From Vulcanimicrobiales bacterium (GTDB taxonomy: Bacteria; Vulcanimicrobiota; Vulcanimicrobiia; Vulcanimicrobiales; Vulcanimicrobiaceae), in the NCBI GenBank assembly GCA_038231455.1, contig JBBRLI010000002.1, positions 160,001 through 224,000 of the forward strand: a DNA stretch of 64,000 nucleotides. Reading direction: 5' to 3'. The notes beneath the pieces were generated by a model. The model was not told where the DNA came from. It saw only the letters and a list, made by a program, of their open reading frames with translations, and made no database searches. This document shows positions 1 to 11,400 of the stretch, in pieces. The first letter of the stretch is position 1. Each line of letters starts with the position of its first letter. Position numbers and translations under genes: made by a program.

Positions 1-690
1 GAGCAGCACAACGTGCTCGTCGTGGATGCATCGACCGCGCCGTTTTCGATCGCCTGTGTCGTGCCGGGTGCGGGGTTCGAGCGAATTGTAACGGAACTCG
101 GTGCCGATGTGGTCGTTCCGATGATCGCCGGCGCCAACCCGGCCGTGCGTGACCTGCTCGTCGGCATCAACGCGACGCTCTCCGATCGCGTCGTGCTCTT
201 GCCCAACGACGCCAACGTCGCAATGGCTGCACGCGAGGCGGCCGCCCTCTCGACCAAGACCGTAATCGTCGCGCCGACGCGGGACATCGTCGGCGGTTTG
301 GCGACCCTCCTTGCAATTTACGGAAGTCCCGCATTGCCCGATGCAGAGGCGCTTGCCGCTGCGGTCGCGGGCGTCCATTCGGCCTCCGTATTTTTCGCCG
401 GCAAGTCGACGCACGCGGCAGGCGTCGCGGTCGCCAAGGGCGCGCCAACCGCAATGATTGGTGGCAAACTCGTGACCGCCGCATCCCTCTCCGCCGTGCT
501 GCTCGAAGCAGCAAGCGCGCTCGGCGCGGCCGATGGCGGATTGCTAACATTATATTACGGCGGAAGTCAAAAGGAACGAGACGCGCAGCGTCACGCTGCA
601 GAACTCGGCGAACAGCTCGCGCACGTAAGTGTCGAGTATTACTTCGGTGGTCAAGACAGCATCGAATACTGGGTGTCCTTTGAGCGATAA
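1..690 (+). CDS. DAK2-domain fatty acid kinase catalytic subunit (FakA/YloV-like), C-terminal part, 5'-truncated by window edge
   Basis: Frame is open from base 1 (EQHNV...). Motifs 'ANP', 'LLPNDANV..AA', 'LLTLYYG' and 'GGQ..Y.VS.E' match the DAK2/YloV C-terminus. Directly upstream of plsX and degV. Confidence 0.85.
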   Translation, partial: EQHNVLVVDASTAPFSIACVVPGAGFERIVTELGADVVVPMIAGANPAVRDLLVGINATLSDRVVLLPNDANVAMAAREAAALSTKTVIVAPTRDIVGGLATLLAIYGSPALPDAEALAAAVAGVHSASVFFAGKSTHAAGVAVAKGAPTAMIGGKLVTAASLSAVLLEAASALGAADGGLLTLYYGGSQKERDAQRHAAELGEQLAHVSVEYYFGGQDSIEYWVSFER

Positions 691-1690
691 ACCGCGGATC
701 GCCGTCGATGCCATGGGCGGCGATCACGCCCCCGCTGAAATCGTCGCCGGCACGATCCTCGCCAACGCCGCGGGGATGGGGCACATGTCGCTCGTCGGCG
801 ACCGCGACCGGATTGCGCCGCTCTTGCGTGGTCCGGGCTCTGAGAACATCACGATCGTGCACGCGCCCGGCGTCATCGCGATGGATGACGCGCCGTCGGT
901 TGCCGTGCGCAATGCCGCGGGCACTTCACTTGGCGTCGCCGTCGAACTCGTCCGTGACGGCGCTGCGGATGCCGTCGTGTCCGCCGGCAATAGCGGTGCG
1001 TTTCTTGCGATCTCCTTGATTCGGTTGCGGACGATCCCCGGGATCGCGCGCCCGGCAATCGCCGCCGTACTTCCGACCCGTACCGGGCAGCCATGCGTGT
1101 TGCTCGACGCCGGGGCCAACGTCGATTGCCGTCCGGAGTGGCTCGTGCAGTTTGCGATTATGGGTAGCGCCTATGCAACCGCAGCGCTCGGCATCGCGAA
1201 CCCGCGCGTGGGCCTGGTTTCCAACGGTGAAGAACGCAGCAAAGGGAACGCGCAAACGACGGAAACGGGCGCGCTGCTCGATGTTGCCCCGGTGAACTTT
1301 GTCGGAAACGTCGAGGGCCGCGATCTTTTCGAAGGCAACGTCGACGTGTTCGTCACCGACGGCTTTGTGGGCAACGTCATGCTCAAGCTCGCCGAGGGCG
1401 CGGGGGCCTTTTTTCGTGACACCTTGCGCGAGTCGTTCGAAAATGCGTCGCCGATCGCGAAGCTCGGAGCGGTCCTCTCCAAACCCGTCTTCGGTGCGAT
1501 GCGCTACAAGATGAATTACGAGAATTACGGCGGCGCGCCGCTGCTCGGCGTCCGCGGCAACTGCATCGTCGCGCACGGACGTTCGAGCGGCAGCGCGATC
1601 GCAAGCGCCATTCGCGCGGCGGCGGCAGAAGTGCGCGAAGATGTGATTGGTAAAATCGCTCGCAACGTCGCCCAACCGGTGCAAACATGA
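680..1690 (+). CDS. plsX: Phosphate acyltransferase PlsX
   Basis: IAVDAMGGDHAP, VSAGNSGA, RPAIA, LLDAGANVD, FVGNVEG, VTDGFVGNV and GGAPLLGV motifs. TTG start at 680 chosen because it overlaps the upstream stop. Confidence 0.96.
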   Translation: MSDKPRIAVDAMGGDHAPAEIVAGTILANAAGMGHMSLVGDRDRIAPLLRGPGSENITIVHAPGVIAMDDAPSVAVRNAAGTSLGVAVELVRDGAADAVVSAGNSGAFLAISLIRLRTIPGIARPAIAAVLPTRTGQPCVLLDAGANVDCRPEWLVQFAIMGSAYATAALGIANPRVGLVSNGEERSKGNAQTTETGALLDVAPVNFVGNVEGRDLFEGNVDVFVTDGFVGNVMLKLAEGAGAFFRDTLRESFENASPIAKLGAVLSKPVFGAMRYKMNYENYGGAPLLGVRGNCIVAHGRSSGSAIASAIRAAAAEVREDVIGKIARNVAQPVQT

Positions 1691-2538
1691 ACGTCGCCAT
1701 CGTAACCGACTCGACCGCCGACATCCTCGAAGCAAGCGCCGCGGCGCTTCATGTCGATGTCGTGCCGCTCTTCGTCAATTTCGGCGACGTTCGTTACCGC
1801 GATACGATCGATCTCTCGCGCGCCGATTTCTACCGCAAACTCCGGACGGAGAAAGTTTTACCGACGACCTCGCAGCCGACGTCCGCAGCCTTTGAGGATG
1901 CCTTCCGTCCGCATGTCGAAGCCGGCCGGCCCGTCGTCTGTATCACGATCGCGGGAACCCTTTCGGGCACGATCAATGCAGCGCAAGCCGCTGCGGCGCA
2001 ATTTCCCGGCGCGGCGATTTCCATCGTCGATAGCGAGACGGTGGCTGCGGGACTCGCACTGCAAGTGACGCGTGCAGCCGAACTTGCCGCAAATGGGAAG
2101 AGCGTCGAAGATATCCTCGCGTCGCTAGCCCACGATCGCCAAACGCAAGGCGGTTACGCAACGATCCCGGATCTCTCGCACGCCGTTCGCACCGGACGCG
2201 TCTCGCGTGCGCAAGCGTTCATCGGGTCGCTCGTCAAAATCGTCCCCGTCCTCAAGTTCGACCACGGCAAAATTTTGGAAGAGGCGCGCGTGCGCACTTT
2301 TGGTCGCGCACAAGATGCAATGATCGAGGCCGCCGTCAAACATTTAGGCGATAAGGCCATCGGCTCGCGCATCGGCGTCGTTCACGCCGATGCCGAACCG
2401 CTCGCCAAGATGATCGCCGCTGCGCTCCGCCGCAGTCTTGCCGCCGAACCCGCTTCGATCGTCGTGTATGAAGTTGGCCCGGTGATCGCCACGCACGCCG
2501 GTCCCGGTGCTGTCGGAGTCTTCGTCGCCGCCGATTGA
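1687..2538 (+). CDS. DegV-family fatty-acid-binding protein (FakB-like)
   Basis: IVTDSTAD, PTTSQP, LSGT, GRVS and [12 protein letters not shown] motifs. ATGA overlap with plsX. Confidence 0.93.
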   Translation: MNVAIVTDSTADILEASAAALHVDVVPLFVNFGDVRYRDTIDLSRADFYRKLRTEKVLPTTSQPTSAAFEDAFRPHVEAGRPVVCITIAGTLSGTINAAQAAAAQFPGAAISIVDSETVAAGLALQVTRAAELAANGKSVEDILASLAHDRQTQGGYATIPDLSHAVRTGRVSRAQAFIGSLVKIVPVLKFDHGKILEEARVRTFGRAQDAMIEAAVKHLGDKAIGSRIGVVHADAEPLAKMIAAALRRSLAAEPASIVVYEVGPVIATHAGPGAVGVFVAAD

Positions 2539-3661
2539 AAGAGCGGCGCTGTACGTCCATCTGCCGTTCTGCCCGTATATCTGCCCGTACTGCGATTTCG
2601 CGAAGTGGGCGTTCGCACCCGAGGCGGCTGCCTCGTATCTGCTCGCTCTGGAGGCGGAGATCGAACGTGCCCCGCTTATCGCGGCCACAACGCTTTTCTT
2701 TGGCGGCGGGACGCCCAATACGTACGAACCGCACGAGATCGCCACGATCATCGCGCGTCTGCGCGCGCGCTTCGACTTGCGCGATGATGCGGAAATATCG
2801 GTAGAAATCAATCCGGACCTCGCGCTTTGCGAGCGGCTGGCCGGTTTGCGTGAGGCGGGGGTCAACCGGCTCTCGATCGGCGTGCAGTCCTTCGATGCTC
2901 GCGAACTCAAGACGCTCGGACGCCGACATTCTGCAAACGATGTTGCCGTCGTCCTCGAGCGTGCGCGCGCCGCGGGTTTTGCGAATATTTCGATCGATTT
3001 GATGTTTGGCGTTCCCGGTCAGACCGATCTCACATGGGCTGCTTCGCTCGATCGCGCTTTTGCACTGGGCATCACGCACGTCTCGACCTATGGATTGACG
3101 ATCGAAGAAGGCACGCCGTACGCGCGTTGGTACGAACGCGAACCCGGCGCGTTCTTTGACGACGAGCGCGAAGCGACGCTGTATCAGATCGCGATCGACC
3201 GAGCGGCCGCAGCGGGTTTCGAGCACTACGAGATTAGCAACTTCGCGCAGCCCGGTTACCGCTGCGCGCATAACGCGAACTACTGGCGCAACGGGAGCTA
3301 TCTTGGTCTCGGCGTCGGCGCGGCGTCGTATCGCGCGGGCGTGCGTTCCACGAACACGCGGGACCTTACCGAGTATGTCGCGGCGGCACGTTCCGGCGTG
3401 CCGATCCCCGGCGAATCCGAGGAACTCACGGGCGACGATCGCATCGGCGAGGCGACGATGCTTGCTTTGCGGACGCTGGAGGGGGTCAACGTGCGCGACT
3501 TCAGCGAACGGTATGGCGTGGATTTCCTCAAGCGCTACGCCCGGGTCATCGCGGACCTCGACGAAGCCGGACTCCTCGCCGTGAGCGGCGAGTCCGTCCG
3601 GCTCACGCCGCGCGGCCGATTTCTTGCAAACGACGTTTGTGGCGCGTTCCTCAACACGTAG
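2507..3661 (+). CDS. hemW: Radical SAM heme chaperone HemW (HemN-like)
   Basis: LYVHLPFC-x3-[36 protein letters not shown] and YLGLGVGA motifs. Exact start uncertain. Confidence 0.9.
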   Translation: MLSESSSPPIERAALYVHLPFCPYICPYCDFAKWAFAPEAAASYLLALEAEIERAPLIAATTLFFGGGTPNTYEPHEIATIIARLRARFDLRDDAEISVEINPDLALCERLAGLREAGVNRLSIGVQSFDARELKTLGRRHSANDVAVVLERARAAGFANISIDLMFGVPGQTDLTWAASLDRAFALGITHVSTYGLTIEEGTPYARWYEREPGAFFDDEREATLYQIAIDRAAAAGFEHYEISNFAQPGYRCAHNANYWRNGSYLGLGVGAASYRAGVRSTNTRDLTEYVAAARSGVPIPGESEELTGDDRIGEATMLALRTLEGVNVRDFSERYGVDFLKRYARVIADLDEAGLLAVSGESVRLTPRGRFLANDVCGAFLNT

Positions 3662-3680
3662 CGGCGGTTCTGCCACGACC

Positions 3681-4739
3681 GTGCTTCGGCTCATCTTTGC
3701 GGCCGTGTTCGGCACGACCGGATTTTTGCTCGGCCGCGAGGCCTACGCGCACCTGATTTCGATTCACCTCGCAAGTGAAGCGTGGCAAATCGCGGCCAAC
3801 GTCGTCGCGCCGGTCGTCGGCGCGGTCTTGGGCGTGTTCGTTGCCCCCTTCGCGCAGTCGCTCTTCGAGGTCGAACTCGTCTCCGTCGAACGTTCGATCG
3901 ATCGGCTTGCGCCGGGCGAACTCGTCGGCGGCGCGGTCGGTCTGATCGCCGGCCTCATCATCGCGTTCTTGATCAAGAGCGTGCTCTTTGAATTCATCAA
4001 CATCGCCGGTCCAGCCGGCGGTTATATCGCGATCCTGCTCTACATCATCGTGAGCGTGTTCGCGGCGTACCTCGGAGCGCGCGTCGGCGCAAAGCAGCGC
4101 GTGAGCCTGCGCGGTTTTTCATCGACCGTTCCGGCGGCAGCGCCCGGGAGCGTTCCCAAAGTCATCGACACATCGGTCATCATCGACGGGCGGATCCTCG
4201 AGATCGTGTCCACGGGATTTCTTGAAGGCCCGCTCCTCTTGCCGCGCTTCGTGCTGCGCGAACTGCAGCTCATCGCCGATTCCACCGATGCGATGAAACG
4301 TACCCGCGGTCGCCGCGGACTCGACGTGCTCACGAAATTGCAAGCACTGATGCCCCTCGAGATCGTCGAACGCGATTACGACGAGATCTCGGCGGTCGAT
4401 GCGAAGCTCGTCAAGCTCGCCCAAGAACGGGACGGCAAGCTCGTCACGAACGACTTCAACCTCAATCGCGTCGCGCACGTCGAAGGCGTGAGCGTGCTGA
4501 ACATCAACGAACTCGCGAATGCTGTAAAGCCCGTGCTGTTGCCCGGAGAAGAACTCCGTGTGGCGATCATCCGCGAAGGGAAAGAACCCAATCAAGGAGT
4601 TGGATATTTGGACGACGGCACGATGATCGTGGTCGAACACGGTCGCAAACTTATCGGTGAGACGGTCGACGTGGCCGTGACGAGCGCACTGCAGACGATG
4701 GCGGGCCGCATGATTTTTGCGCGTCCGAAGCGACCATGA
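3681..4739 (+). CDS. Membrane PIN/TRAM-domain protein (YacL-like)
   Basis: N-terminal TM helices, PIN motif [30 protein letters not shown], and TRAM motif [14 protein letters not shown]. Directly upstream of ispD as in Firmicutes. GTG 3681 taken as start. Confidence 0.92.
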   Translation: MLRLIFAAVFGTTGFLLGREAYAHLISIHLASEAWQIAANVVAPVVGAVLGVFVAPFAQSLFEVELVSVERSIDRLAPGELVGGAVGLIAGLIIAFLIKSVLFEFINIAGPAGGYIAILLYIIVSVFAAYLGARVGAKQRVSLRGFSSTVPAAAPGSVPKVIDTSVIIDGRILEIVSTGFLEGPLLLPRFVLRELQLIADSTDAMKRTRGRRGLDVLTKLQALMPLEIVERDYDEISAVDAKLVKLAQERDGKLVTNDFNLNRVAHVEGVSVLNINELANAVKPVLLPGEELRVAIIREGKEPNQGVGYLDDGTMIVVEHGRKLIGETVDVAVTSALQTMAGRMIFARPKRP

Positions 4740-5692
4740 TCTGGGGTGCGGTGATCGTCGCGGCCGGGCGCGGTACGCGCTTCGGCCGGCCAAAACAGCT
4801 CGCCTTACTTGGCGATCGTCCGATGCTCGCCTATTCGATCGAGACGTTCGCGGCGATGCCGGAGATTTGCGAACTCGTGATTGTAACCGAATCCGAGTAC
4901 ATCGAGGACGTGCAGGCGCTCGTCCTTGGGCGGGTCGGCTCGCTGCCGTGTAGCGTCGTTGCCGGCGGCCCCGAGCGGCAGGACAGCGTGCGGCTCGGGC
5001 TCGACGCACTCGGCGAGGGATGCGTTGGCGTGCTCGTGCATGACGGTGCGCGTCCGCTCGTGCGACCTGCCGATATCCGCGCCGGCATGCGGGTCGTGCG
5101 CACCGGTATCGCCTCGCTCCTCGTCACGCCCGTCGTCGATACGATCAAAGTGCTGGGCGAACACAATCACGTCGCGCGTACGCTCGACCGCGCGACGCTC
5201 GTCGCCGCGCAGACGCCGCAGTTTGCGATGACGCGCGACATGCGCCGTGCACACGCCGATGCCTACCGTAACGGCGCCGTTCTTACCGATGATACGGCGC
5301 TGCTCGAACGCGCCGGCTGCGATGTGATCGCCGTCGTCGGTTCGCCTGAGAATTTCAAAGTGACGCATCCGGAGGATGTGTTGCGCGCTGAGGCGATCCT
5401 CGCCGGGCGCAGTCCGACGATCGTCGATGAAGAAGAAGTCTTTGTCGTCGAATCCTACATCCCGGAACGAGCGATCGATGACGTTGCCGAAGAGATCGAA
5501 CGTCGCGAAGGACGCGTCGATGAGATCAATCGCGATCTGCCGGATGCGGCGATGATTCGCGCGTATATCGGCGCGTCCAATTTGCGCGGATTCGGTACGC
5601 AGCTCACCGTGCTCGGCGGCCCAGGTGCCATGTTTACGGCGCACCACGCCCACTACGCGCCGCGAGCGCCGGCTGACCGAACGCATTCGTGA
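4736..5692 (+). CDS. ispD: 2-C-methyl-D-erythritol 4-phosphate cytidylyltransferase with extra C-terminal domain
   Basis: [36 protein letters not shown] and NFKVTHPED motifs. About 90 extra residues follow the catalytic domain. Confidence 0.95.
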   Translation: MIWGAVIVAAGRGTRFGRPKQLALLGDRPMLAYSIETFAAMPEICELVIVTESEYIEDVQALVLGRVGSLPCSVVAGGPERQDSVRLGLDALGEGCVGVLVHDGARPLVRPADIRAGMRVVRTGIASLLVTPVVDTIKVLGEHNHVARTLDRATLVAAQTPQFAMTRDMRRAHADAYRNGAVLTDDTALLERAGCDVIAVVGSPENFKVTHPEDVLRAEAILAGRSPTIVDEEEVFVVESYIPERAIDDVAEEIERREGRVDEINRDLPDAAMIRAYIGASNLRGFGTQLTVLGGPGAMFTAHHAHYAPRAPADRTHS

Positions 5693-6165
5693 GGGTCGGT
5701 CATGGATTCGATGCGCACCGACTCGTCATCGGTCGTCCGTTCATCTTGGGTGGCGTGCACGTGCCCGCCGATGTCGGTCCACTCGGACATAGCGATGCCG
5801 ACGTACTCGCGCACGCGATCTGCGATGCGCTTCTCGGTGCGGCCGCGCTCGGCGATCTCGGCGCGCACTTCCCCGATACCGACGAACGCTGGCGCGGCGC
5901 CGATTCGCTTGCGCTCATGGCCGAGTGCGTAGTCATGCTCCGTCGGGCGGGTTACGGAATTGCGAATGTCGATGCGACGATCGTCGTGCAGACGCCCAAA
6001 CTCGCACCGCATCTTCCGGCTATGCGCGAGCGTCTCGCCGCGACGCTCGCGGTTCCGCTCGGCCACATCAGCGTCAAAGCGAAGACCAGCGAAGGCCTGG
6101 GCTATACCGGCGACGGGAGCGGGATTGCCGCCTACGCCGTGGCGCTGATCGAACCGCTCGTTTAG
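5689..6165 (+). CDS. ispF: 2-C-methyl-D-erythritol 2,4-cyclodiphosphate synthase
   Basis: [34 protein letters not shown] and KAKTSEGLG motifs. GTGA overlap with ispD. Confidence 0.97.
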   Translation: MRVGHGFDAHRLVIGRPFILGGVHVPADVGPLGHSDADVLAHAICDALLGAAALGDLGAHFPDTDERWRGADSLALMAECVVMLRRAGYGIANVDATIVVQTPKLAPHLPAMRERLAATLAVPLGHISVKAKTSEGLGYTGDGSGIAAYAVALIEPLV

Positions 6166-6231
6166 CAGGAGCGGTGCGTTGTGGCGCCGTTCCCAGAAAC
6201 GGTGAAGAATCGCGCCGTAGGCTCGGTGCAT

Positions 6232-6912
6232 ATGGAAAGCGAGCCGACCCGTGTTCTCGTCGTCGATGACGAGCGCCCGATCCGAGAACTGCTTGAAATC
6301 GGCCTCGGCCAGGCGGGTTTTGACGTGCGCACGGCCGCCGATGGAACCTTGGGCCTCGCCGCCGTGCGCGAATGGGAGCCCGATGCCATCGTGTTGGATG
6401 TGATGATGCCGCGGATCGACGGCATCACGCTCTTACCCATGCTCCGCAAGATCACCGAAGCGCCCATCTTGATGCTCAGCGCGAAAGGCGACGTCGTTGA
6501 CAAAGTCGAGGGACTGGCCCACGGTGCTGACGACTATCTCGCCAAACCTTTCGAGATTCCCGAGCTGATCGCGCGCATCCAAAGCGCGCTCCGTCGGCCG
6601 ACGCTGGCGAAACGCAGCACGCTCTCGTTCAGCGATCTCACGGTCTCGCTGGACGACCACATCGTCACGCGGGCCGGTAAACGCATCGACCTTTCGGCAC
6701 GCGAATTCGATCTGCTCGCGGCGCTGTTGAAATCGCCAAACCGCGTTTTCAGTCGCGCGCAACTGCTCGATCTCGTGTGGGGAATCGACCGTGACGTAAC
6801 GCTCGGAACCGTCGAAACGTATATCTGTTATCTCCGCGCGAAAGTTGACCGGGGTCAAGCGCCGCTCATTCATACGATACGCGGCGTCGGCTACTCGCTG
6901 CGCGAGGGCTAA
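6232..6912 (+). CDS. OmpR/PhoB-family response regulator (MprA-like)
   Basis: VLVVDDE, LDVMMP, GADDYLAKPF and winged-helix HTIRGVGY motifs. ATG at 6232 lies 8 nt after a TAGGCT -10-like hexamer. Confidence 0.93.
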   Translation: MESEPTRVLVVDDERPIRELLEIGLGQAGFDVRTAADGTLGLAAVREWEPDAIVLDVMMPRIDGITLLPMLRKITEAPILMLSAKGDVVDKVEGLAHGADDYLAKPFEIPELIARIQSALRRPTLAKRSTLSFSDLTVSLDDHIVTRAGKRIDLSAREFDLLAALLKSPNRVFSRAQLLDLVWGIDRDVTLGTVETYICYLRAKVDRGQAPLIHTIRGVGYSLREG

Positions 6913-8304
6913 TTGTTTCGCGCCCTCGAGCAGCGGGTGACGTTTGCAATTGTCATCTCGGTGCTCGCGCTGTGCGCGATGCTGGGAGCCGTTGTCACGT
7001 GGGCAGCATGCACGATTATCGGCACGGGCTACATTCAAGCGCAGCATAACGCCGCAATGGAACTACCCGCAATCGCCGAGCGTGAAATCGCAAGCGCCGG
7101 CTCGCTCGAACGCGCGCGGCTTGCGATCGAACGGCATTTTGCGGGGACCGACATCGTCGTTCGCTTGCGGCCCGCGCGGCAACGTGGCATCGGAGGCGGC
7201 CCGCAGCCAAGCGATCTTCGTCACGGCGTGATGCCAGTGGGCGGACAAGCGCCGCGTGAATCGTTCGATGCGGCGCCATATCCCGGCGCCGTCCTCGTGA
7301 TGAGTCTCTCCGGTCTCCATCCGATGCGCGTCCCGATTGCAGGCGATCTGGCATTTATCATTCCGGACGTTTCTCGGCTCAACCGCGCTGCACTCGCGTT
7401 TTTCTCCGCGCTCGGCGCGATCGTCGCGGTCATCCTCATCGCTGGGGCGATTGCTGCGCGACTGCTCGCGCGCGCCGCAATTCGACCCCTCATCGATGTC
7501 ACGCTCGGATTACGCCGGCTCGCGCAAGGCGAGTTTACCCGGCATTGGATCGACACGAACGAGCGTAGTCCCCTCGGCGAACTCGCCGACGCCTATAACG
7601 GCGCCGTGGATCAGGTGACGGCGGCGATCGAAGAACGTCTGGAGACCGAATCCGAGATGCGCGCGTTCATTGCCGATGCCGGTCATGAACTGCGCACGCC
7701 GCTCACGGTCCTCACCGGCTACATCGACGTGCTGCAGAAAGGCGCGGCGCAGAACGCGCCGCTTGCCGAGCGCATCTACACCTCGATGCGGACCGAGAGT
7801 CGGCGCATGCGCTCGCTCATCGATAAACTCATTTTGCTCGCGCGGCTGGAGCGGCTCGATACGCACGCTGCTACACGCGTGGAACTCGAGCCCTTCGTCA
7901 AACGCGTGATCGACGCCGTCGCGCCGCACGGCTCGAACGTCGCGTTCCAAGCACACGCACACGACCTCGTCGTTTCGATCGACGATGCCGAATTGCACGC
8001 GGCATTTGCGAACCTGATCGAAAACGCGCTCAAATATGCACCGGGTTCTGCGGTCACCGTTGATTTACGCGCCGTCGGCAGCGAAGCGGAAATCGCGGTC
8101 AAGGACGCGGGTCCGGGCATGAGCGCGGCGGCACTCACGCACGCGTTCGACCGATTCTATCGCGGGGAGAACGTCGCGGCACCCGGATCCGGCCTTGGGC
8201 TATCGATTGCCAAGCGCGCGGTCGAACGCGCGCATGGGACGCTGAGGCTGGAAAGCCCGGCCGGAGACGGCGTGCGAGCGACGATCCGATTGCCTCGCGC
8301 CTGA
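6913..8304 (+). CDS. HAMP-domain sensor histidine kinase
   Basis: Two TM segments, HAMP, H-box FIADAGHELRTPL, N-box NLIENALKY, and G boxes DAGPG and GSGLGLSI. Confidence 0.94.
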   Translation: MFRALEQRVTFAIVISVLALCAMLGAVVTWAACTIIGTGYIQAQHNAAMELPAIAEREIASAGSLERARLAIERHFAGTDIVVRLRPARQRGIGGGPQPSDLRHGVMPVGGQAPRESFDAAPYPGAVLVMSLSGLHPMRVPIAGDLAFIIPDVSRLNRAALAFFSALGAIVAVILIAGAIAARLLARAAIRPLIDVTLGLRRLAQGEFTRHWIDTNERSPLGELADAYNGAVDQVTAAIEERLETESEMRAFIADAGHELRTPLTVLTGYIDVLQKGAAQNAPLAERIYTSMRTESRRMRSLIDKLILLARLERLDTHAATRVELEPFVKRVIDAVAPHGSNVAFQAHAHDLVVSIDDAELHAAFANLIENALKYAPGSAVTVDLRAVGSEAEIAVKDAGPGMSAAALTHAFDRFYRGENVAAPGSGLGLSIAKRAVERAHGTLRLESPAGDGVRATIRLPRA

Positions 8305-8407
8305 GCCTGCTCGTTGCCGCTCGGTATGCCCGGCTGCGGCGGCGACCGAGCGTGAAAGAGGCAAGCGAACGAGTAGGAATGGCGCCGTCCGGGAATAGTC
8401 GGAAACG

Positions 8408-11400
8408 ATGATGCTATTTTCCGGACGCCGTCGTCTCACGATCGCGTACGTCGCGGGCGCCGTAGTCGTGCTCGCCTTCATCATCGTCTATATCGCACGC
8501 GCTTCGATCCTGCAGAACCTGGTGCAGTCAGGCGCGGGCGCGGCGACCGGTTACAACATCTCGTTTCGCACCTTCGCGGTCTCCGGATCGCATGCAGAGA
8601 TGCACGGCGCGTCGGTACGTACGCGCAGCGGCGAGCCGTTCCTGACCGCAGGTCACGTCGCGGTCGATTTCAACCTCGGCGACTTTCTCACAGGCACGCG
8701 GCAGTACGGACTGCGAACGCTCCTGGTCGAGAACCCGCACATCACGATCGTGCGGCACCGTGATGGGACGTACAACGTTGCCTTACCGCGTGCGGCCGCC
8801 AATACGACGAAGGCAACACGGGCGCCCGCTCCGTTCGATGCGAGCATCTCCGTACGAAACGGCTCGGTCGAGTTGATCGACGATGCCGCCATCTATCGCG
8901 GCTCGCAGCATCAGACGGTGGTCGACTTGAATGCCGAAGCGCAATTGCACAGCAATGCACGGTCCTCGTACACGATTGGATTTGCGTTCGCCGGATCCGG
9001 CGGCCGTTTCCCGGTGCACGGCGCGGCGATCCTCGACGACTTGCGCGGTACCGAATCGCATCACTGGACGGCCAAGGTCGTGCCGATCGGGCCGCTCGTC
9101 GATTACGCCGTCAATTCGACGGCCGTCCACTTGAGTGCCGGATTGCTGCGCGATGTCGATCTGCGATACTTCGGCTTACTCAATCGACACGGCGAAATCG
9201 ACCGTCATATCGGCGCGCGCGCGAGACTCGACGGCGCGCAGATTTACGTCGCCGCGCTGCGGCGTCCGCTACGCGATGTGCACGGGCCGGTGCGGGTATA
9301 CGACGATGGCTTGATGACGCCGCGGGCCGATGCGATCCTCGCCGGCATCCCGGTCCGAATCGCCGGCGGTCTCTATGATTTCGCGCATCCAAGTTTTCGG
9401 CTGGGAATCGTCGGAAGTGGTCCGCTCGAATCGCTCGTCACACTCGGCCCGCCCTCACCGTACGTGCACCGTCTTGCCGGTCCGCTCGATTTTGCCGTGC
9501 GGCTCGAAAGCGCCGTGGGGCATCCGGTCGTGTTCGGTCATTTCAGTGGGGCTCACGTTAGCTATAACGGGTTCCCCGCCCGCGACGTCCACGGCTTGGT
9601 GAGCATCGACGGAACGGAACTTGACATCATCAACGCGGGTGGCAACTACGCCGGAATCGGAATCGAGACGCAAGCTCTTATCGCGCTGGAACGACATCTC
9701 GGGATTCGCGCCGTCGTCCGGGCGGATGCCCCCGCGCACACGCTCCCGTATGTCGATTCGCTCGTGCCCGGTATGCCGGTCGGCGCGATCGGTGTCGTCG
9801 CGGGCATCGATACGTCGCTTGCAGCGCACGGAATTCTCGCCGGTGCGAATGCAGGCGACACGCTCGAGTCGCCGATTGCGATCGATCAAAGCGGCAACGG
9901 ACTCATCGGTCCGCTTGCGATTACGCACCGCGATGGATCGTCGCTCTACGCGCGCGCCTCACTGAGTCAACACCCGAATTCGCTTACCGCGATCGTCGAT
10001 GCGCGCGGCTTCCGCCTCTCGCCCTCGAGCGTGAACACGCTACCGGGGATCCAATTTCCGGCAATTCCGGCGATCGACGGCACGATCGATGGCGTCATCG
10101 GTGTCGCGACGAATCAAGGCGCCGTCGCCCTCGGCGGTATCGCGACGCTCACGGGTGCGCACGTTCAGGGAATCGCGATCGATCGCGCGGGCGGCCGCTT
10201 TGACGGATCGGCAAACGACGTGCAGGTCGGCGCGCTCGACGCACGCGGGCCGTGGGGTTCGTTCTCCGGCACCGGCGGATCGAACGGCACGCGTACGGCA
10301 CTCGACGGCCGGTTTCGCGGTTCGCTCGGCGCGCTGGCGTCGGTTGGCGTGCACGTTCCCGCTACGGGAGACGTCGACGCGCCGGTTTCGATCTTCATCG
10401 ATGGCGCGACGACCGTCGTGCAGACGCAGGACGCGCGTTTTTCGCGTGCGTCGCTGGGCGGCATCGCCGTCGACCATCTCGATGCAACCGTTGGACTCCA
10501 CGGCACGCAGGTCGCCGTTTATTCTGCGAGTAGTTCGGTTGGCGGTGGGCAGGTCGTTGCCTCGGGTCGACTCGGCGACGGCGGAACGATTGGTATTGCA
10601 ACGAGTGCGATTCACAATCCAAACGACCCGCGTATTCCCGTGACGAGCGGTACGGTGCAGCTCCTCGGGACGCTCGCGGGCACGCTGAACGCGCCGCGCG
10701 CCGACGCATCGGCGATCGTTAGTAACGGGCGCGTCGCCGGCGATATTCCGGTGGGCGGCGACTTTGCACTCGCCTACGCCCGCGACCGGCTTGGGCTCGA
10801 CGGTTCGCTGCTTCGCTTCGGCGATGCATACGCAACGCTCGATGGCTCGATTGCGGGCGTGACCGGCGCAAGACCGAGTTACGATCTCCAGTCTCGCGTA
10901 CGCGTCGCCGACTTTGGCGATCTCGCTTCGGTTCTCGACATACCGCTCCCGTATCTCGTCGGCAGCTTTGATGCGAATCTCGGTATTCACGGCGCCGGAA
11001 CGACACCGCAAGTCATCGGAGACGTCGCGATCCCCGAAGGCTCGGTGAACGGCCTTGCCTTTAAAGCGGGATTCGTGCGTTTGAATGCCGATGCGTTCGC
11101 AACCCGCGCGAGCGGCGGCAACATAACGGTCGGCACGACACACCTCGCCTTCGACGGAAGCTATGCGCGCGGTGCGACGCGCGCCAGCGTCCGCACCGAC
11201 CGCGCGGATCTGGCGGATTTTAACGATTACTTCGACATCGCCGATACGCTGGCGGGAACGGGTCCGATCGCATTCGATCTGCTCTCCGCAGGTGACACGC
11301 TGCAGACGCGTGGCAACGCAGCGATCGCTGCGGCACGTTTTCGACGCTTTACGCTCGGCGATGCGCGAGCGCGATGGTCGATGCGCGGTCGCTCGATCCT

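Noticed and set aside
8305-8400. GC-rich imperfect inverted repeat after the histidine kinase as an ncRNA, tRNA or terminator
   Set aside because: No cloverleaf, T-loop or U-tract. Imperfect GC pairing is common by chance at this composition.
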